Below are positions 1-9,869 of a stretch of 64,000 nucleotides of DNA, piece by piece. The stretch's first letter is position 1. Every line of letters starts with the position of its first letter. The stretch is from assembly GCA_918797485.1 (NCBI GenBank), contig CAKKNE010000003.1, positions 1,302,001-1,366,000 of the forward strand, read 5' to 3'. The stretch is from Pelagomonas calceolata. Lineage: Eukaryota. A model generated the notes under the pieces. The model did no database searches. It was given only the letters and a program-made list of their open reading frames with translations, and was not told the DNA's origin. The position numbers and the translations under genes were made by a program.

Positions 1-2409
1 CAGAAGCGCACGAATGAAGTACTGGCGGCCTTCGAGACGTCCTTCGATGGCGGCGCGTCCAAGGCCTTCGTCGCGGCGGGCGGGGGCAGCTACCAGCCGA
101 CGGAGCCGGCCCGGCCCGTGCAGCCCCACCGGGCGCAGAAGAAGGGTAAGCGCGCGATGGACGAGTTTCTGGAAGAGCTGAAAGCACGGGACGGTTTGCG
201 GGATCGGGGCTTTACGCTGGATCGCGGCCGGGCGACCTACAATCCTCCTCCAGCAGAAAGGGAGACGTACCAAGGTACGACGAACCTCGTGATAAACAAC
301 ATGGCTCCTACCGTGACCGAAGAAACGCTCACGAAGGCCTTCGGCCAGTACGGCGATGTCTACTCTGTGAAAGTGATGTGGCCCCGTTCTGAAGATGAGA
401 GAAGAAGAGGCCGGAACCGGGGCTTCGTGAGCTTTAGAAGCAGGGAGGACGCCGACGACGCGTTGCAGGCCATGGACGACTCGTTGTTGGAGGGCGTGCG
501 CATCTCCGTGGCCTGGGGCCGGGCCTTGAAGGACCAGCCCGGTGCGGGTGGTGTGGGCTCGACGGCCGCGTCGCGGAGCGCGTACGGCCGAACGCAGCCA
601 CCGAAGCCGCCGGCGAATCCTACGGTCGCTGCTGCGTTAGAAAAGGCCCGGATGCTGGCCGCCCAACCCCCAAAGCGCGTCGCGAGCGCGGCGGGCGGCG
701 CTTCTGCCTTCCAAGGAGCTGCATTATCTATGAGACGGTCGCGCTGGGATCAGGTGCACACGCAAAGTGGGGACGGTTTGTCTCAACAAGACTTCGACCA
801 GGCGCATAAAGTTGTGGTCGTAGCTCCACAAGATGATACTTTAAGACGATTGGCTGATTTGACGGCGAGATTTGTCGCCGCTGACGGGCGGACGTTCGAG
901 GACTTTATAAGGTTGCGAGAACGGGACCACGGCGACTTCTCCCAACTACTGGACGTGTCGTCCCAAGCGGGCCGCTACTACCGCTATAGAGCTTGGGAGG
1001 CGGCCATGGCCCAGGCGTCGCCCGAGCCGTTCCGCGAGTACGACTTCGAGGGACGGCGCGTCAAGGCCCACCGCATCCAGTGCGGCGGGCCCTTCTGGGT
1101 CGCTCCCGACGTGGCTACTACCGCACAACCGTTGGATGCCGTGAAGAGCATGCCCGCTCTGACGCGGGCCGACGCGCAACGGAAGGCCGAACACGATTTG
1201 ATGGAACGGTCGCGCGAGAACGAGGCGCAGTTGTACGAGAAAAGAGGTGCGAGACGGGGCGACGCGAAGCTCAAGATTAGTGACGCGCTGCAGTTCACCG
1301 AAACGCTGGCCTCGATCAAGCCGTCGCGCGCTGAGGTGAGAGACGCCATGTGCTTCGCTCTGGATAGAGCTGATGCAGCTAGGGAGCTCTCGGAACTACT
1401 AGGCAACGCGCTGACGGAGCCGGCCCAATCTAATGCGTCGGACGAAACGCGCCTCGCGCGACTCTACGTCGCGTCGGATATTTTGCATAATGCGGCGGCG
1501 TGCGGCCGCGGCGCGCGCATGATGCGTTCGCTGTTGAGGCCCTACCTGGCGGCGGCGCTGCACCATCTAGGAACCCGATTACTCGGGCAAAAAGGTTCAA
1601 CATTAGAGCTCGCGAAGACGAACTCGATCATCGACAAGGTCGCCGCTTTATTACAAGTCTGGGGCCGCTGGGCCCAGGTCTTCCCCGCGAACTGGACGTT
1701 TGGTTTGGAGAGCGCGTTCTTCGAGCGGCGCGAGCGGTCGACCGCGCCCGCGACGGACGAAGAGATTGATGAGGAAGCGTTGCGACGGGACGCGCGCATC
1801 GCCGGGTTGTACGACGGCGCCGCGCCCTCCGAACTCAAAGCGTCGCTCGCGCGGCTGCGCTACTACATTAGACATCGGACGATCGGGCTCCCGCCTTCGG
1901 AAGCGTACCGCGAGGCGGCGCGCGAGCACGACGCCCGGGTCGCTTCCATGGCGGTCCCGGCGCCGGTTCCACCAGAATCGGACGACGAGGACGTCGACGG
2001 CGAGGCGTGCGACGACGTCGATGATTTATTGGCGGACGTCGCCGAGGCGCCGGCGTTCGCGCCGTTTCCGGTCGTCGCGCCTCCGGTCGCCCCGGTGCCG
2101 GCGCCGGCGCCGGCGTTCGCGCCGTTCCCCGTCAATGTTCCTCCTGTTGCCCCGGTGGTGCCGGTGGCGGCGCCGCCCGCGCCCCCGCCGGCTGTCGCGG
2201 CGATCGCCGCGCGCGCCGCCGCCGCCCACGCGCAACGTTCTTCGCCCTCGGAGCGCGGCCGGAGCCGGTCCCGCGAGCGCCGCCGCGGTCGGTCGCGGTC
2301 GCGCTCGCGCTCTCGGTCCCGCCGGCGGTCGCGGAGGCGCCGGAGCCCGTCGTCCTCGTCGTCGCGGTCGCGCTCAAGGGGGCGGCGGGACTATCGGCGG
2401 CGGCGTTGA
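1..2409 (+). CDS. U2SURP: U2 snRNP-associated SURP-motif protein (SR140), 5'-partial
   Basis: Frame open from base 1. RRM (TTNLVINN..VKVMWPRSEDERRRGRNRGFVSF), SURP-like region, CID (ARLYVASDILHN) and C-terminal RS domain. Confidence 0.9.
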   Translation, partial: QKRTNEVLAAFETSFDGGASKAFVAAGGGSYQPTEPARPVQPHRAQKKGKRAMDEFLEELKARDGLRDRGFTLDRGRATYNPPPAERETYQGTTNLVINNMAPTVTEETLTKAFGQYGDVYSVKVMWPRSEDERRRGRNRGFVSFRSREDADDALQAMDDSLLEGVRISVAWGRALKDQPGAGGVGSTAASRSAYGRTQPPKPPANPTVAAALEKARMLAAQPPKRVASAAGGASAFQGAALSMRRSRWDQVHTQSGDGLSQQDFDQAHKVVVVAPQDDTLRRLADLTARFVAADGRTFEDFIRLRERDHGDFSQLLDVSSQAGRYYRYRAWEAAMAQASPEPFREYDFEGRRVKAHRIQCGGPFWVAPDVATTAQPLDAVKSMPALTRADAQRKAEHDLMERSRENEAQLYEKRGARRGDAKLKISDALQFTETLASIKPSRAEVRDAMCFALDRADAARELSELLGNALTEPAQSNASDETRLARLYVASDILHNAAACGRGARMMRSLLRPYLAAALHHLGTRLLGQKGSTLELAKTNSIIDKVAALLQVWGRWAQVFPANWTFGLESAFFERRERSTAPATDEEIDEEALRRDARIAGLYDGAAPSELKASLARLRYYIRHRTIGLPPSEAYREAAREHDARVASMAVPAPVPPESDDEDVDGEACDDVDDLLADVAEAPAFAPFPVVAPPVAPVPAPAPAFAPFPVNVPPVAPVVPVAAPPAPPPAVAAIAARAAAAHAQRSSPSERGRSRSRERRRGRSRSRSRSRSRRRSRRRRSPSSSSSRSRSRGRRDYRRRR

Positions 2410-2788
2410 CCTATCTAATTTATATTCTGTGTGATTCACTCTCCGGCGGCGTTGGGCGTCCCGGCGCGGCGGAAAAAAATCGTCCGCTTTGTTGCCGCAG
2501 GACAGCGCGATACGTCCTCCGGTGATCGCGACCTCTGCTGTACCTTTTCGCATGCGTTGCTGCGGGCTCGATTTTTCACTTTTTTGAGCAGCTCTGTCTG
2601 GCAAAGGTGCGGCCTGGTTGCAGCGCCTAGGACACTTGGAACGCTGTGGATCAAGAGGTCGCAGATCTTGCATGGTGCGCTGATCGCCGGTTTACAGTAT
2701 CGAAAGCGCCCAGCAACAAGAGATTGAGTGCTAAACAACAGCACAGACTTTTTTCAAAGTTCTCGAACGCGTCCCTTATTGCTCGAAC

Positions 2789-2863
2789 GAGAAGTGTACA
2801 AGGTGCCCACGACAATATAGAACGGTAGAGAACGTGTGCAGGGTGCCCACGACGATATAGAAC
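2789..2863. repeat. Imperfect 2-copy tandem repeat, period ~40 bp, just upstream of an ATG
   Basis: GTGTACAAGGTGCCCACGACAATATAGAAC versus GTGTGCAGGGTGCCCACGACGATATAGAAC. Confidence 0.85.
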
Positions 2864-2872
2864 CCGTTCACC

Positions 2873-4066
2873 ATGGCTGCTCTCACGCTCGTAAAGCAGA
2901 AATCCCTCAAAGCGCTCGAGAGCGCCAAGTCGATGCTGTCCGGCGGCAAGAGTAAGCCGCCGCCGCCCCCGCCGCGGCTCACCGTCACCACGGGGCGCGA
3001 CAGCGACGTGCTCCTCGAAACGACCTTCTTCGGGTCGCGGCTCGGAATCAAGCTCGTGCTGGCGCTGGCCGAGGGCCGCACGGACATCGTCGTGGAGGAG
3101 GTCGTCGCCGGCGTCGGCCCGGAAGGCCTCTGCCCGAGAGACGTCCTCGTCGCGGTGGATGGCGGGAAGGTCACCGTGCCGCGGCCCGACGCCTTCGACG
3201 CCTGGATCGCCAAGCTACGGAAACGGCCGCGGCCCCTCGTGCTGACCTTCGCGCCCGGCGCGGGGCGCGGCGCGGCGCAGAAGAAGCAAGTTATGAGGGA
3301 CCGGCGGCTGCGGACGACGGCGGCTTTGAAAGCATTCGAGGCGAAGGACGACGACGGCGAAGCGGCGTACAACGCTGCCATGCTCAAAGCGAACGGCATC
3401 GGCGGGCCCAAGGACCCGATCGCGGCGGTCCAGCTGCTGCGGAAGGCGGCGTTTTTGGATGTTGTCAAGGCCCAGGTGGCGCTCGGCCATTTGTACCGGC
3501 AGGGCTCGAGCTCCGTCGCGAAGAACGACGACGAGGCCTTCCGGTGGTACGAAAAGGCCGCGCTCATCCGGCGCGACCCGGAGGCGTTGTATCAGCTCGG
3601 CAAGTACCACCGCGACGGGACGCCGTCGCGCGCCGCGGACGTGACGAAAGCTAGAGAATGCTTCGAGGCCGCCGCGGCGATCGGCGGCCGCGACGCCTAC
3701 GCCGAGGCGCTCGCGGCCCTCGAGGCGGACCTCGACCGCCAGGCCGTCATCGACTCCGTGGTCCAGTCCGTCAAGTCCGTCGTGGGGACGCCGTCCAAAA
3801 ACGACGGCGGAGGCCTCTACGAGACGCTGGTCGACGACGAGACGGTCTCGCCCTTCTCGACGGCGTCGCGCGGCTCGCGCGACGACCCCGAGCCGGCGAC
3901 GCGCGCGCGCTCCACGGACTCGCGCGACATGGAGTACGTGCCGCCGACGCCGGAGTACATGCGGCGGCGCGGCCGGTCGGACAGCCCGCCGCTCGGACGG
4001 CCAGCACCGGCGCCGCTCCTGCACGTGGGCCGGGCGCACCTGTTGCACGAGGACAGGATGGTGTAA
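2873..4066 (+). CDS. Sel1-repeat protein with N-terminal PDZ-like region
   Basis: Sel1 motifs (AQVALGHLYRQG..KNDDEAFRWYEKAA; EALYQLGKYHRDG) and a PDZ-like segment (LGIKL..GLCPRDVLVAVDG..RPLVLTF). Confidence 0.75.
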   Translation: MAALTLVKQKSLKALESAKSMLSGGKSKPPPPPPRLTVTTGRDSDVLLETTFFGSRLGIKLVLALAEGRTDIVVEEVVAGVGPEGLCPRDVLVAVDGGKVTVPRPDAFDAWIAKLRKRPRPLVLTFAPGAGRGAAQKKQVMRDRRLRTTAALKAFEAKDDDGEAAYNAAMLKANGIGGPKDPIAAVQLLRKAAFLDVVKAQVALGHLYRQGSSSVAKNDDEAFRWYEKAALIRRDPEALYQLGKYHRDGTPSRAADVTKARECFEAAAAIGGRDAYAEALAALEADLDRQAVIDSVVQSVKSVVGTPSKNDGGGLYETLVDDETVSPFSTASRGSRDDPEPATRARSTDSRDMEYVPPTPEYMRRRGRSDSPPLGRPAPAPLLHVGRAHLLHEDRMV

Positions 4067-4090
4067 CTAAGCTTTTACGGTACGATCGTG

Positions 4091-4112
4091 GCTAGTGTCT
4101 TACGCCGCTGAG
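4091..4112 (+). promoter_or_regulatory. CTAG-box intergenic motif (right arm degenerate)
   Basis: GCTAGTGTCTTACGCCGCTGAG, ~220 bp upstream of ATG 4312. Confidence 0.6.
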
Positions 4113-4311
4113 GCTGCTGGCGCATAATCGCGTCACGTGGAACGTCGGCGGCGCGCGACGCCGCAATCAAGCGACCACAGCGGCTGCGCGGCGTTAATTT
4201 ATAGCCGCAGCGGCTACGTGAACTTGTCGCAGCGCGACCGGCCCAACCTATTATAATCAGCGCTTTGCATTCACAGCGCCTTGGCTCGCGCGCGGCGGAC
4301 GCGGAGCAACG

Positions 4312-5748
4312 ATGCGAACAATATGGTTCACAGCGCTGGTCCTCGGCGTCGCATCTGCGGTCGACTCGGCTGCAACTCCGGCGCCGCAGTCGCGCCCGAC
4401 GCCGCAGACGGCGCGCCCGAGGCCGAAACCGCGGCCGAGGCCGCGGCCAACGCCAACGCGCCCACCTACGGGTCGACCGATGGAGGAGCGGGTCGCAGAT
4501 CTGGAGCGCGAGAACGAAAAGCTCCGGCAAACCCTCCAACCGCCGGCACCGGCGCCGACCGAAAGGCAAGACGAAGACGCCGAGCCACCGAAGCCGAAGG
4601 CCGAGCCGCCAACGCCAAAGGCCGAGTGTTTGCTCGCGAGCGTCCCGCGCAAGGAGCTGTCCGCGTGCGTCCTGGCGAACGGCTTCTGCGTCGCGTCACA
4701 GACCGAGTGCACCGAGCTCGGTGGCCGCTATGACTCGAAAGGGTGCGGCGGCGGCGGCGACTGCGCGTGCTGCGAGGGGATACCCGAGGAGCCTACTCCG
4801 AAGCCGACGCCGGCGCCCACAGTTCCGAGGCCGACACGCAATGAATGTCCGCTTCAGCGGGTACCGCGGAAGTCGTTGTCCGCGTGCGTACTCGCAAATG
4901 GCTTCTGTGTAGGAAGTCCCGACGAGTGCACCGAGCTCGGCGGGCGCTACGATGCGCGGGGCTGCGGCGGCGGCGACGAGTGCGCCTGCTGCGAGGCCAT
5001 CCCAACCGAGCCACCATCACCGCGGCCGACGCTCTCGCCCGCGCCGAGCTCAGACAGCGCTTGCGAGCTCACTGAGGTCTCGCCGAGCTCGCTGCGCACG
5101 TGCATCAAGACGGGCGGCTACTGTGTGGCGACGGCGCGCGAATGCGAGGCGCTGGGCGGCACCTTCGACGCCGTCGGTTGCGGGCCCAGCGCGTCCTGCG
5201 GCTGCTGCGGCGACGTGCCCGACGACGAGGACGAGGACAAGGAGGAGGCCGCGAACGAGGAGCCGGCAGCGAAGCACCTGCGCGCGTCGACGCCGGCGCC
5301 CTCCGTCGGACGCCGGACGCCGCGGCACGCCTACTGGTGGACGCCGCGGCCGACGTTCGCGCCCGTGCCCCCGCCGCCGCCGCCCCGGATCTTCCTCTAC
5401 GTCCGGCTCGTCGCGGTACTGATGGGTCTGGCGGCCCTGGCGGCGGCGCTGCCGGAGCCGACGCATCCGGCCCTGAAGATCCTGCGCTGGCCGTTCTACC
5501 AGCTGTTCGTGTGCATGCGCGCCGGCGTCGTCGGCGCCTGCGGCCTCTGCTTCTCGTTCGGCGACGGCATCGCCGAGTCGCGGCCGCCGCGTCCCCCGAC
5601 CAAGGTCGAGCTCTCGAAAGTGCGCTCCGACGGGTCAGACGACGCGCTCCTCGGCGACGGCGACCTCAACGACGCGTTCGCGGAGTTCGAGAACGAGCAC
5701 GACAAGAACCCGTTCAACCTCTCGGCGACGACGAGTCGGCGCCGGTGA
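4312..5748 (+). CDS. Predicted cell-surface protein with three 8-Cys modules
   Basis: Signal peptide (MRTIWFTALVLGVASA), Pro/Thr linkers, three C-x12-C-x6-C-x6-C-x11-C-x5-C-x-CC repeats and hydrophobic segments near the C-terminus. Confidence 0.75.
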   Translation: MRTIWFTALVLGVASAVDSAATPAPQSRPTPQTARPRPKPRPRPRPTPTRPPTGRPMEERVADLERENEKLRQTLQPPAPAPTERQDEDAEPPKPKAEPPTPKAECLLASVPRKELSACVLANGFCVASQTECTELGGRYDSKGCGGGGDCACCEGIPEEPTPKPTPAPTVPRPTRNECPLQRVPRKSLSACVLANGFCVGSPDECTELGGRYDARGCGGGDECACCEAIPTEPPSPRPTLSPAPSSDSACELTEVSPSSLRTCIKTGGYCVATARECEALGGTFDAVGCGPSASCGCCGDVPDDEDEDKEEAANEEPAAKHLRASTPAPSVGRRTPRHAYWWTPRPTFAPVPPPPPPRIFLYVRLVAVLMGLAALAAALPEPTHPALKILRWPFYQLFVCMRAGVVGACGLCFSFGDGIAESRPPRPPTKVELSKVRSDGSDDALLGDGDLNDAFAEFENEHDKNPFNLSATTSRRR

Positions 5749-6254
5749 GGTGTATAAGCTATGTGTGAACTGTGTTTAGATTCACGGGAGGGGGACGCTC
5801 GCAAGAGACCGATGCCATGTTTCGGTCCCCGCGGCGGGGGGAGGGAAGCCTTCAAGAGGACCAAGCGCCACATTTTGGCCCCCAAGGCGGTAGCCTTTTC
5901 ACTGGTCTTGGGATGTGCTAAAAGTACCACATAACCCTACCCCTAGCCTAGGCTTTATTTTTTGCCTCCTAAATTAACGCACCTACGGTCTAAAAATATA
6001 GACAAAAATTTGGACGATAAATACGTATACTTTTTAGGTATAAATGCTATAACTCACGCTAAGACTTTATACATATATGTATACCTCCTTACCTGCTGAA
6101 ATGAAGTCACCGGTAGAAAATCGTTTGTTGGGGCCGAAGAAAGAACCCTCGCATCACTAAGGCGCCTCCGAAAGTTATTCAACCGCAACGCCTAACGCGG
6201 ACGACGACAGTCAATTCACACTTGAAATAAGTTACTTCTGCGATCATCCTCACC

Positions 6255-7475
6255 CTAGAAGTTGAACATGTTCGAGATATTCGCTCCGCTCGGCTGTAAG
6301 ATGTTGTGCTTCATGGGCGGTGAAGAGCAGCTGGCCGGCGGCGGAGGCGGCGGCGGCGGCGGGAACGACGCCGCCCAGCCGCCGTTGTGAGGCGGCTGCG
6401 GCGCCGAGGCGCCGCGCGAGAGCGGCACCGCCGGCGGCGGGAGCCCGAACGCGGCGAAGGCCGGCGCCGACGGCGCGCGCGCGGGCGGCGGCGCCATCGC
6501 GAGGCGGCCCATGGACGAGATCGCGTGCGCCGCGTCGGGCCGCGCGACGCCGAGGGCCATGGGCTGCGGCGTGAAGGCGGCGCCGTTCATGGGCGCGCCG
6601 TTCATTCTCGACCCATTCATCATCGGCGCGGCGCCGTTCATCATTGGCGCCGCGTGGCCGTTCGACGCCGGCGCCGCGTGGCCGTTCGCGTGGCCGTTCG
6701 TCGCGGGCGTCGGCTTCAGGACGCCGCTGTCGCCGAAGGGGTCGAAGGAGGCATCCGCGGCGGGCGCCGGCGCCGGCGACACGACCTTGGCGCCGCCGAA
6801 GGCGGCGAACGGCGCCGCGGGCGGCGCCGCCGGCGCGGCCGCGAACAAATCGGCGGGCGCGGCCGGCGCGGACTCGAAGGCCGCGAAGCCGGCCGGCGCC
6901 GCCTTGGGCTCCCCGGGCGGCGGCGCGATGAAGGCGAAGCCCGACGACGACGCCGCCGCGGCCGGTGGCGCCGGCGCCGGGTCGTCGAGGCAGAGCAGGT
7001 CGACGGCCGGCGTGACCTGGCGCACCTGCGGTGCTTTGCGCAGCTTCGGCTTCACGGCCTTGCGCGGCTTCGGCACGTCCTCCTCTTTATTAGACACGAC
7101 GGCGCCCTCCTGGTACCACAGCTTCTCGTTGTACGCGAGGGCCACGAAGGTCTTCGCTGCTTGTAAACTAACCCCGGGCTTGATCGCGTTCGAGGGGTCC
7201 ATATTGGCCAAAAAAGTAGCGCGGGCGCGCTTGTTCCCACCCTTCCGCAGCTGGTCGACCTCCTTGTGCGTCCAGAAGCTCATCGTCACGGACTTGCACA
7301 GATGCGAATAGGACTGGTGCGCGGACTTGCACGTATGACACACGAAGATGCCGTACTTCATGACGACAGCTCCATGCCCGTGCTGCGCGAAGGCCTGGCA
7401 GTTCGCGCACTTCAGGTTGTGCGGGAGCTTCTTGAGCTTGTCTAACGCCTTCTCGGCGCCGGGTTCGCTCGACAT
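6255..7475 (-). CDS. ArfGAP-domain protein (AGFG-like) with low-complexity tail
   Basis: NLKCANC..GIFVCHTCKSAHQSYSHLCKSVTMSFWT..GGNKRA zinc finger. The canonical arginine after the fourth Cys is not evident. Confidence 0.85.
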   Translation of the reverse strand: MSSEPGAEKALDKLKKLPHNLKCANCQAFAQHGHGAVVMKYGIFVCHTCKSAHQSYSHLCKSVTMSFWTHKEVDQLRKGGNKRARATFLANMDPSNAIKPGVSLQAAKTFVALAYNEKLWYQEGAVVSNKEEDVPKPRKAVKPKLRKAPQVRQVTPAVDLLCLDDPAPAPPAAAASSSGFAFIAPPPGEPKAAPAGFAAFESAPAAPADLFAAAPAAPPAAPFAAFGGAKVVSPAPAPAADASFDPFGDSGVLKPTPATNGHANGHAAPASNGHAAPMMNGAAPMMNGSRMNGAPMNGAAFTPQPMALGVARPDAAHAISSMGRLAMAPPPARAPSAPAFAAFGLPPPAVPLSRGASAPQPPHNGGWAASFPPPPPPPPPASCSSPPMKHNILQPSGANISNMFNF

Positions 7476-7900
7476 TTTTTTGTCGTTTTGTTTTGTTTAT
7501 GTCGACGTCGGCTATCAGTGCGTCTTCCCAAACGATGCAAATGCACAAAACGCAGCGTCGCAGCGTCGCACCGTAATCCGATTTCTTGTAAGATTATTGG
7601 GATGACTGGCTATTTGTGCAACCGCACTTTATGGACTATCGCTGCAGCCAGCAGAGATTATGAGCGACTCCGCGCAGGGCTGCAAACACCCAAATGTCGT
7701 AAAACCAGCGAGAGCGCAGCCGTTTTGCGGGTGCCACGTTGTGTCCTATTTTTTTTTAGCCTCGCTTGCGCGCGGCGCGCTCCGGAGGGATCAAATCGAT
7801 CGATGAAGTCTCCGTGGGTTCGTTTTGATGTGACAGGTACGTGGTATCTTCAGTGTAGGGCCGTTTTGCGACGACGTCCCCGTCGACGTTCGCGGCGCTC

Positions 7901-7951
7901 GTTGCTTTGCTTAGAGCTAGGCTGCTAGCCACCAGCCGCCGCGGGGTCTGC
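7901..7951. repeat. ~50-bp dispersed repeat, copy 1
   Basis: GTTGCTTTGCTTAGAGCTAGGCTGCTAGCCACCAGCCGCCGCGGGGTCTGC, near-identical to 37073-37123. Confidence 0.85.
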
Positions 7952-7980
7952 TCGTTGCTGCTTGGAAAACAAAGATATAC

Positions 7981-9513
7981 TCAAGACACATCGTTATCCT
8001 CCTCAGAATCCTCCCGCTCGCCAAAAGCCGCCCGCTCGGCCGCCCCGCGCACGGCGCGCGCGAGCGCGTCGACGGCCGCGCGGGCGTCGTTCGCGGCCAG
8101 CGACGCGAGGATCGCGTCGAAGCGCTTCGCGTCGCGCGCGGCGAGGCGCGCGCCCGCGCGCCGCGCGTGCCGCGCGCCGCCGGCGCCCAGCGCCGCCGCC
8201 GCCTCGAGGTGGCCGAACGCCTCGGCCGCGTCGTCGCACGCCGGCGACAGGCCGAGCTCGAGCCGCGCCCGCGCGCGCAGCGCGCGCGGCGCGTCGCCCC
8301 GCGCCTCGAGCGGCGAGTACTCGTCGCGGCCGTCGGGCGCCGCGAGCGCCGCCGCGTCGAGCACCGCCACGGCCTCGGCGAGCGCGTCGCGCCGCGCCGC
8401 GGCGTCGTCCTGGAGCGCGCGCGACAGCTCCAATAGAGCCGCACCGCGCCGCCGCGCGTCGCGCGCGTGCTCGGCGCCGTGCTCGAGGACGTCGCGCAGG
8501 TCCGCCGCGGCTAATGCTGCTCTACCAGGCACGCGGTTCGCCGCGCACGCACGTAAAGCCAGCACGCGCTCGCGCAGCGGACTGCCGGGCGGCGCGTGCG
8601 GCTCCGCCGCGTCGAGCAACCGTAATACGTCGTCGAGCGCGCCGCCGTCGTCGTTGTCGTCGTCCGCCTTTCCTGGAGAAAAAGAGGCCTCGACGACGAT
8701 ACGCGACGCCTGAGACGTCGTCCGCTTCCGCGACCGCGTTTCTAAGGCATCGGAATACCGCGCCGTCGCGAGATTGAACAAAGTGCCCGGCGCGTGGGGC
8801 TCGATCTCCAGCGACTTCTCGAGCGCCCCTCTCGCGAGAGAACGCTCGCCTCTGGCCAGTAAAATAGTAGCGACGTTGTTCAGCAGCGGCGCGTTCGGCG
8901 GGAAGTCGGGAGAGGGCGCCGCGTGTAAAGCTCGCGCGTAGACCTCCAACGCGTCGCCCGCCGCGTCGCACTGGTGCAGGGCGTTGCCCAGCGCGTGTAA
9001 AGCTCTAGCGTCGTCCGGCGCCAATCGAGCCGCCTCCTTGAGCGGACCCAACGCGTCCGCGCTCCGTCCACTGAAAGCTAAATAAGACCCCGCGTTGATT
9101 AATAATGCTGCTCTATACGGTGCGTCGTCGGGCGTCAGCTCCAAGGCTTTCTCGAAGGCGTGCGCCGCGGCGCGGGGGCGGCCGCGTTGCGCGGCCTCGA
9201 AGGCGCGCCGCGTCCACCTTTGTGCTGCTTTAGCGGCTCTAGCCTCGTCGTCGTCGTCGTCATCCGGCTCGTCGTCGACGTCGTCGTAGGGCTCGTCGTT
9301 TTCATCATCATTGCCGCCGCGTGGCACGCCGAGTGCTCGCAGCGCCTGTGGTCGGGGCTCGCCGTCGTCAGCATCGGCGCCGCTGCCGCGTGTCACACTG
9401 AGTGCTCTCCTCAGTGGTCGTCTGCGCAGGCCGCCGGAGATTTTTAGAACCAGCGCGAGCAGCAGAATGACTCGATGAGAGAATGTCATCTCAACGAGGC
9501 GAGCTCTCGGCAC
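7981..9513 (-). CDS. TPR-repeat protein with probable signal peptide
   Basis: TPR helices (AFEKALELTPDD; ALHALGNALHQC; ALEKSLEIEPHAPGTLFNLA) and a hydrophobic leader from Met 9489. Confidence 0.75.
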   Translation of the reverse strand: MPRARLVEMTFSHRVILLLALVLKISGGLRRRPLRRALSVTRGSGADADDGEPRPQALRALGVPRGGNDDENDEPYDDVDDEPDDDDDDEARAAKAAQRWTRRAFEAAQRGRPRAAAHAFEKALELTPDDAPYRAALLINAGSYLAFSGRSADALGPLKEAARLAPDDARALHALGNALHQCDAAGDALEVYARALHAAPSPDFPPNAPLLNNVATILLARGERSLARGALEKSLEIEPHAPGTLFNLATARYSDALETRSRKRTTSQASRIVVEASFSPGKADDDNDDGGALDDVLRLLDAAEPHAPPGSPLRERVLALRACAANRVPGRAALAAADLRDVLEHGAEHARDARRRGAALLELSRALQDDAAARRDALAEAVAVLDAAALAAPDGRDEYSPLEARGDAPRALRARARLELGLSPACDDAAEAFGHLEAAAALGAGGARHARRAGARLAARDAKRFDAILASLAANDARAAVDALARAVRGAAERAAFGEREDSEEDNDVS

Positions 9514-9558
9514 GGCTATGCCAACAAAAATATTGACTCAACTAAGTCTTATTGGACG

Positions 9559-9581
9559 CCTAGTGTCTTACTGCCGCTAGC
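9559..9581 (+). promoter_or_regulatory. CTAG-box intergenic motif
   Basis: CCTAGTGTCTTACTGCCGCTAGC in a divergent spacer. Confidence 0.7.
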
Positions 9582-9869
9582 GCGCCCGTGCGCGATCTGG
9601 ACGTTTGATATCTTCGAAGACTCCCTCACCCCCCGCATACACGTGACGTGGCTCGGATCACAGGTCCTGCTGAAACCGCCCCATCATCGAGGCAGCCAGC
9701 AATCCAAGTCATTTGCGCGCGATATTGCTTGCCTGGTGGAACTGCACAGCGAATAGAGCCGTCCACGACTGCTTTTGAGCCCCTGTCTTGCATTTGCTGC
9801 CTGCGCGCCAGTTTTGTGCACCTCGCCGAGGCACAGTGAAAGGCGGGAGCCTCGCCACAGCTCGCAGCG

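Noticed and set aside
5931..5950. TAACCCTACCCCTAG as a telomeric repeat or telomerase template
   Set aside because: Too short and imperfect.
6080..6100. CTTACCTG resembling the U1 snRNA 5' end
   Set aside because: No U1 loop I or II motifs and no Sm site follow.
8710..8758. Possible GT-AG intron in the TPR gene
   Set aside because: At 49 nt it would shift the frame of an otherwise open ORF, and it has no introner ends.
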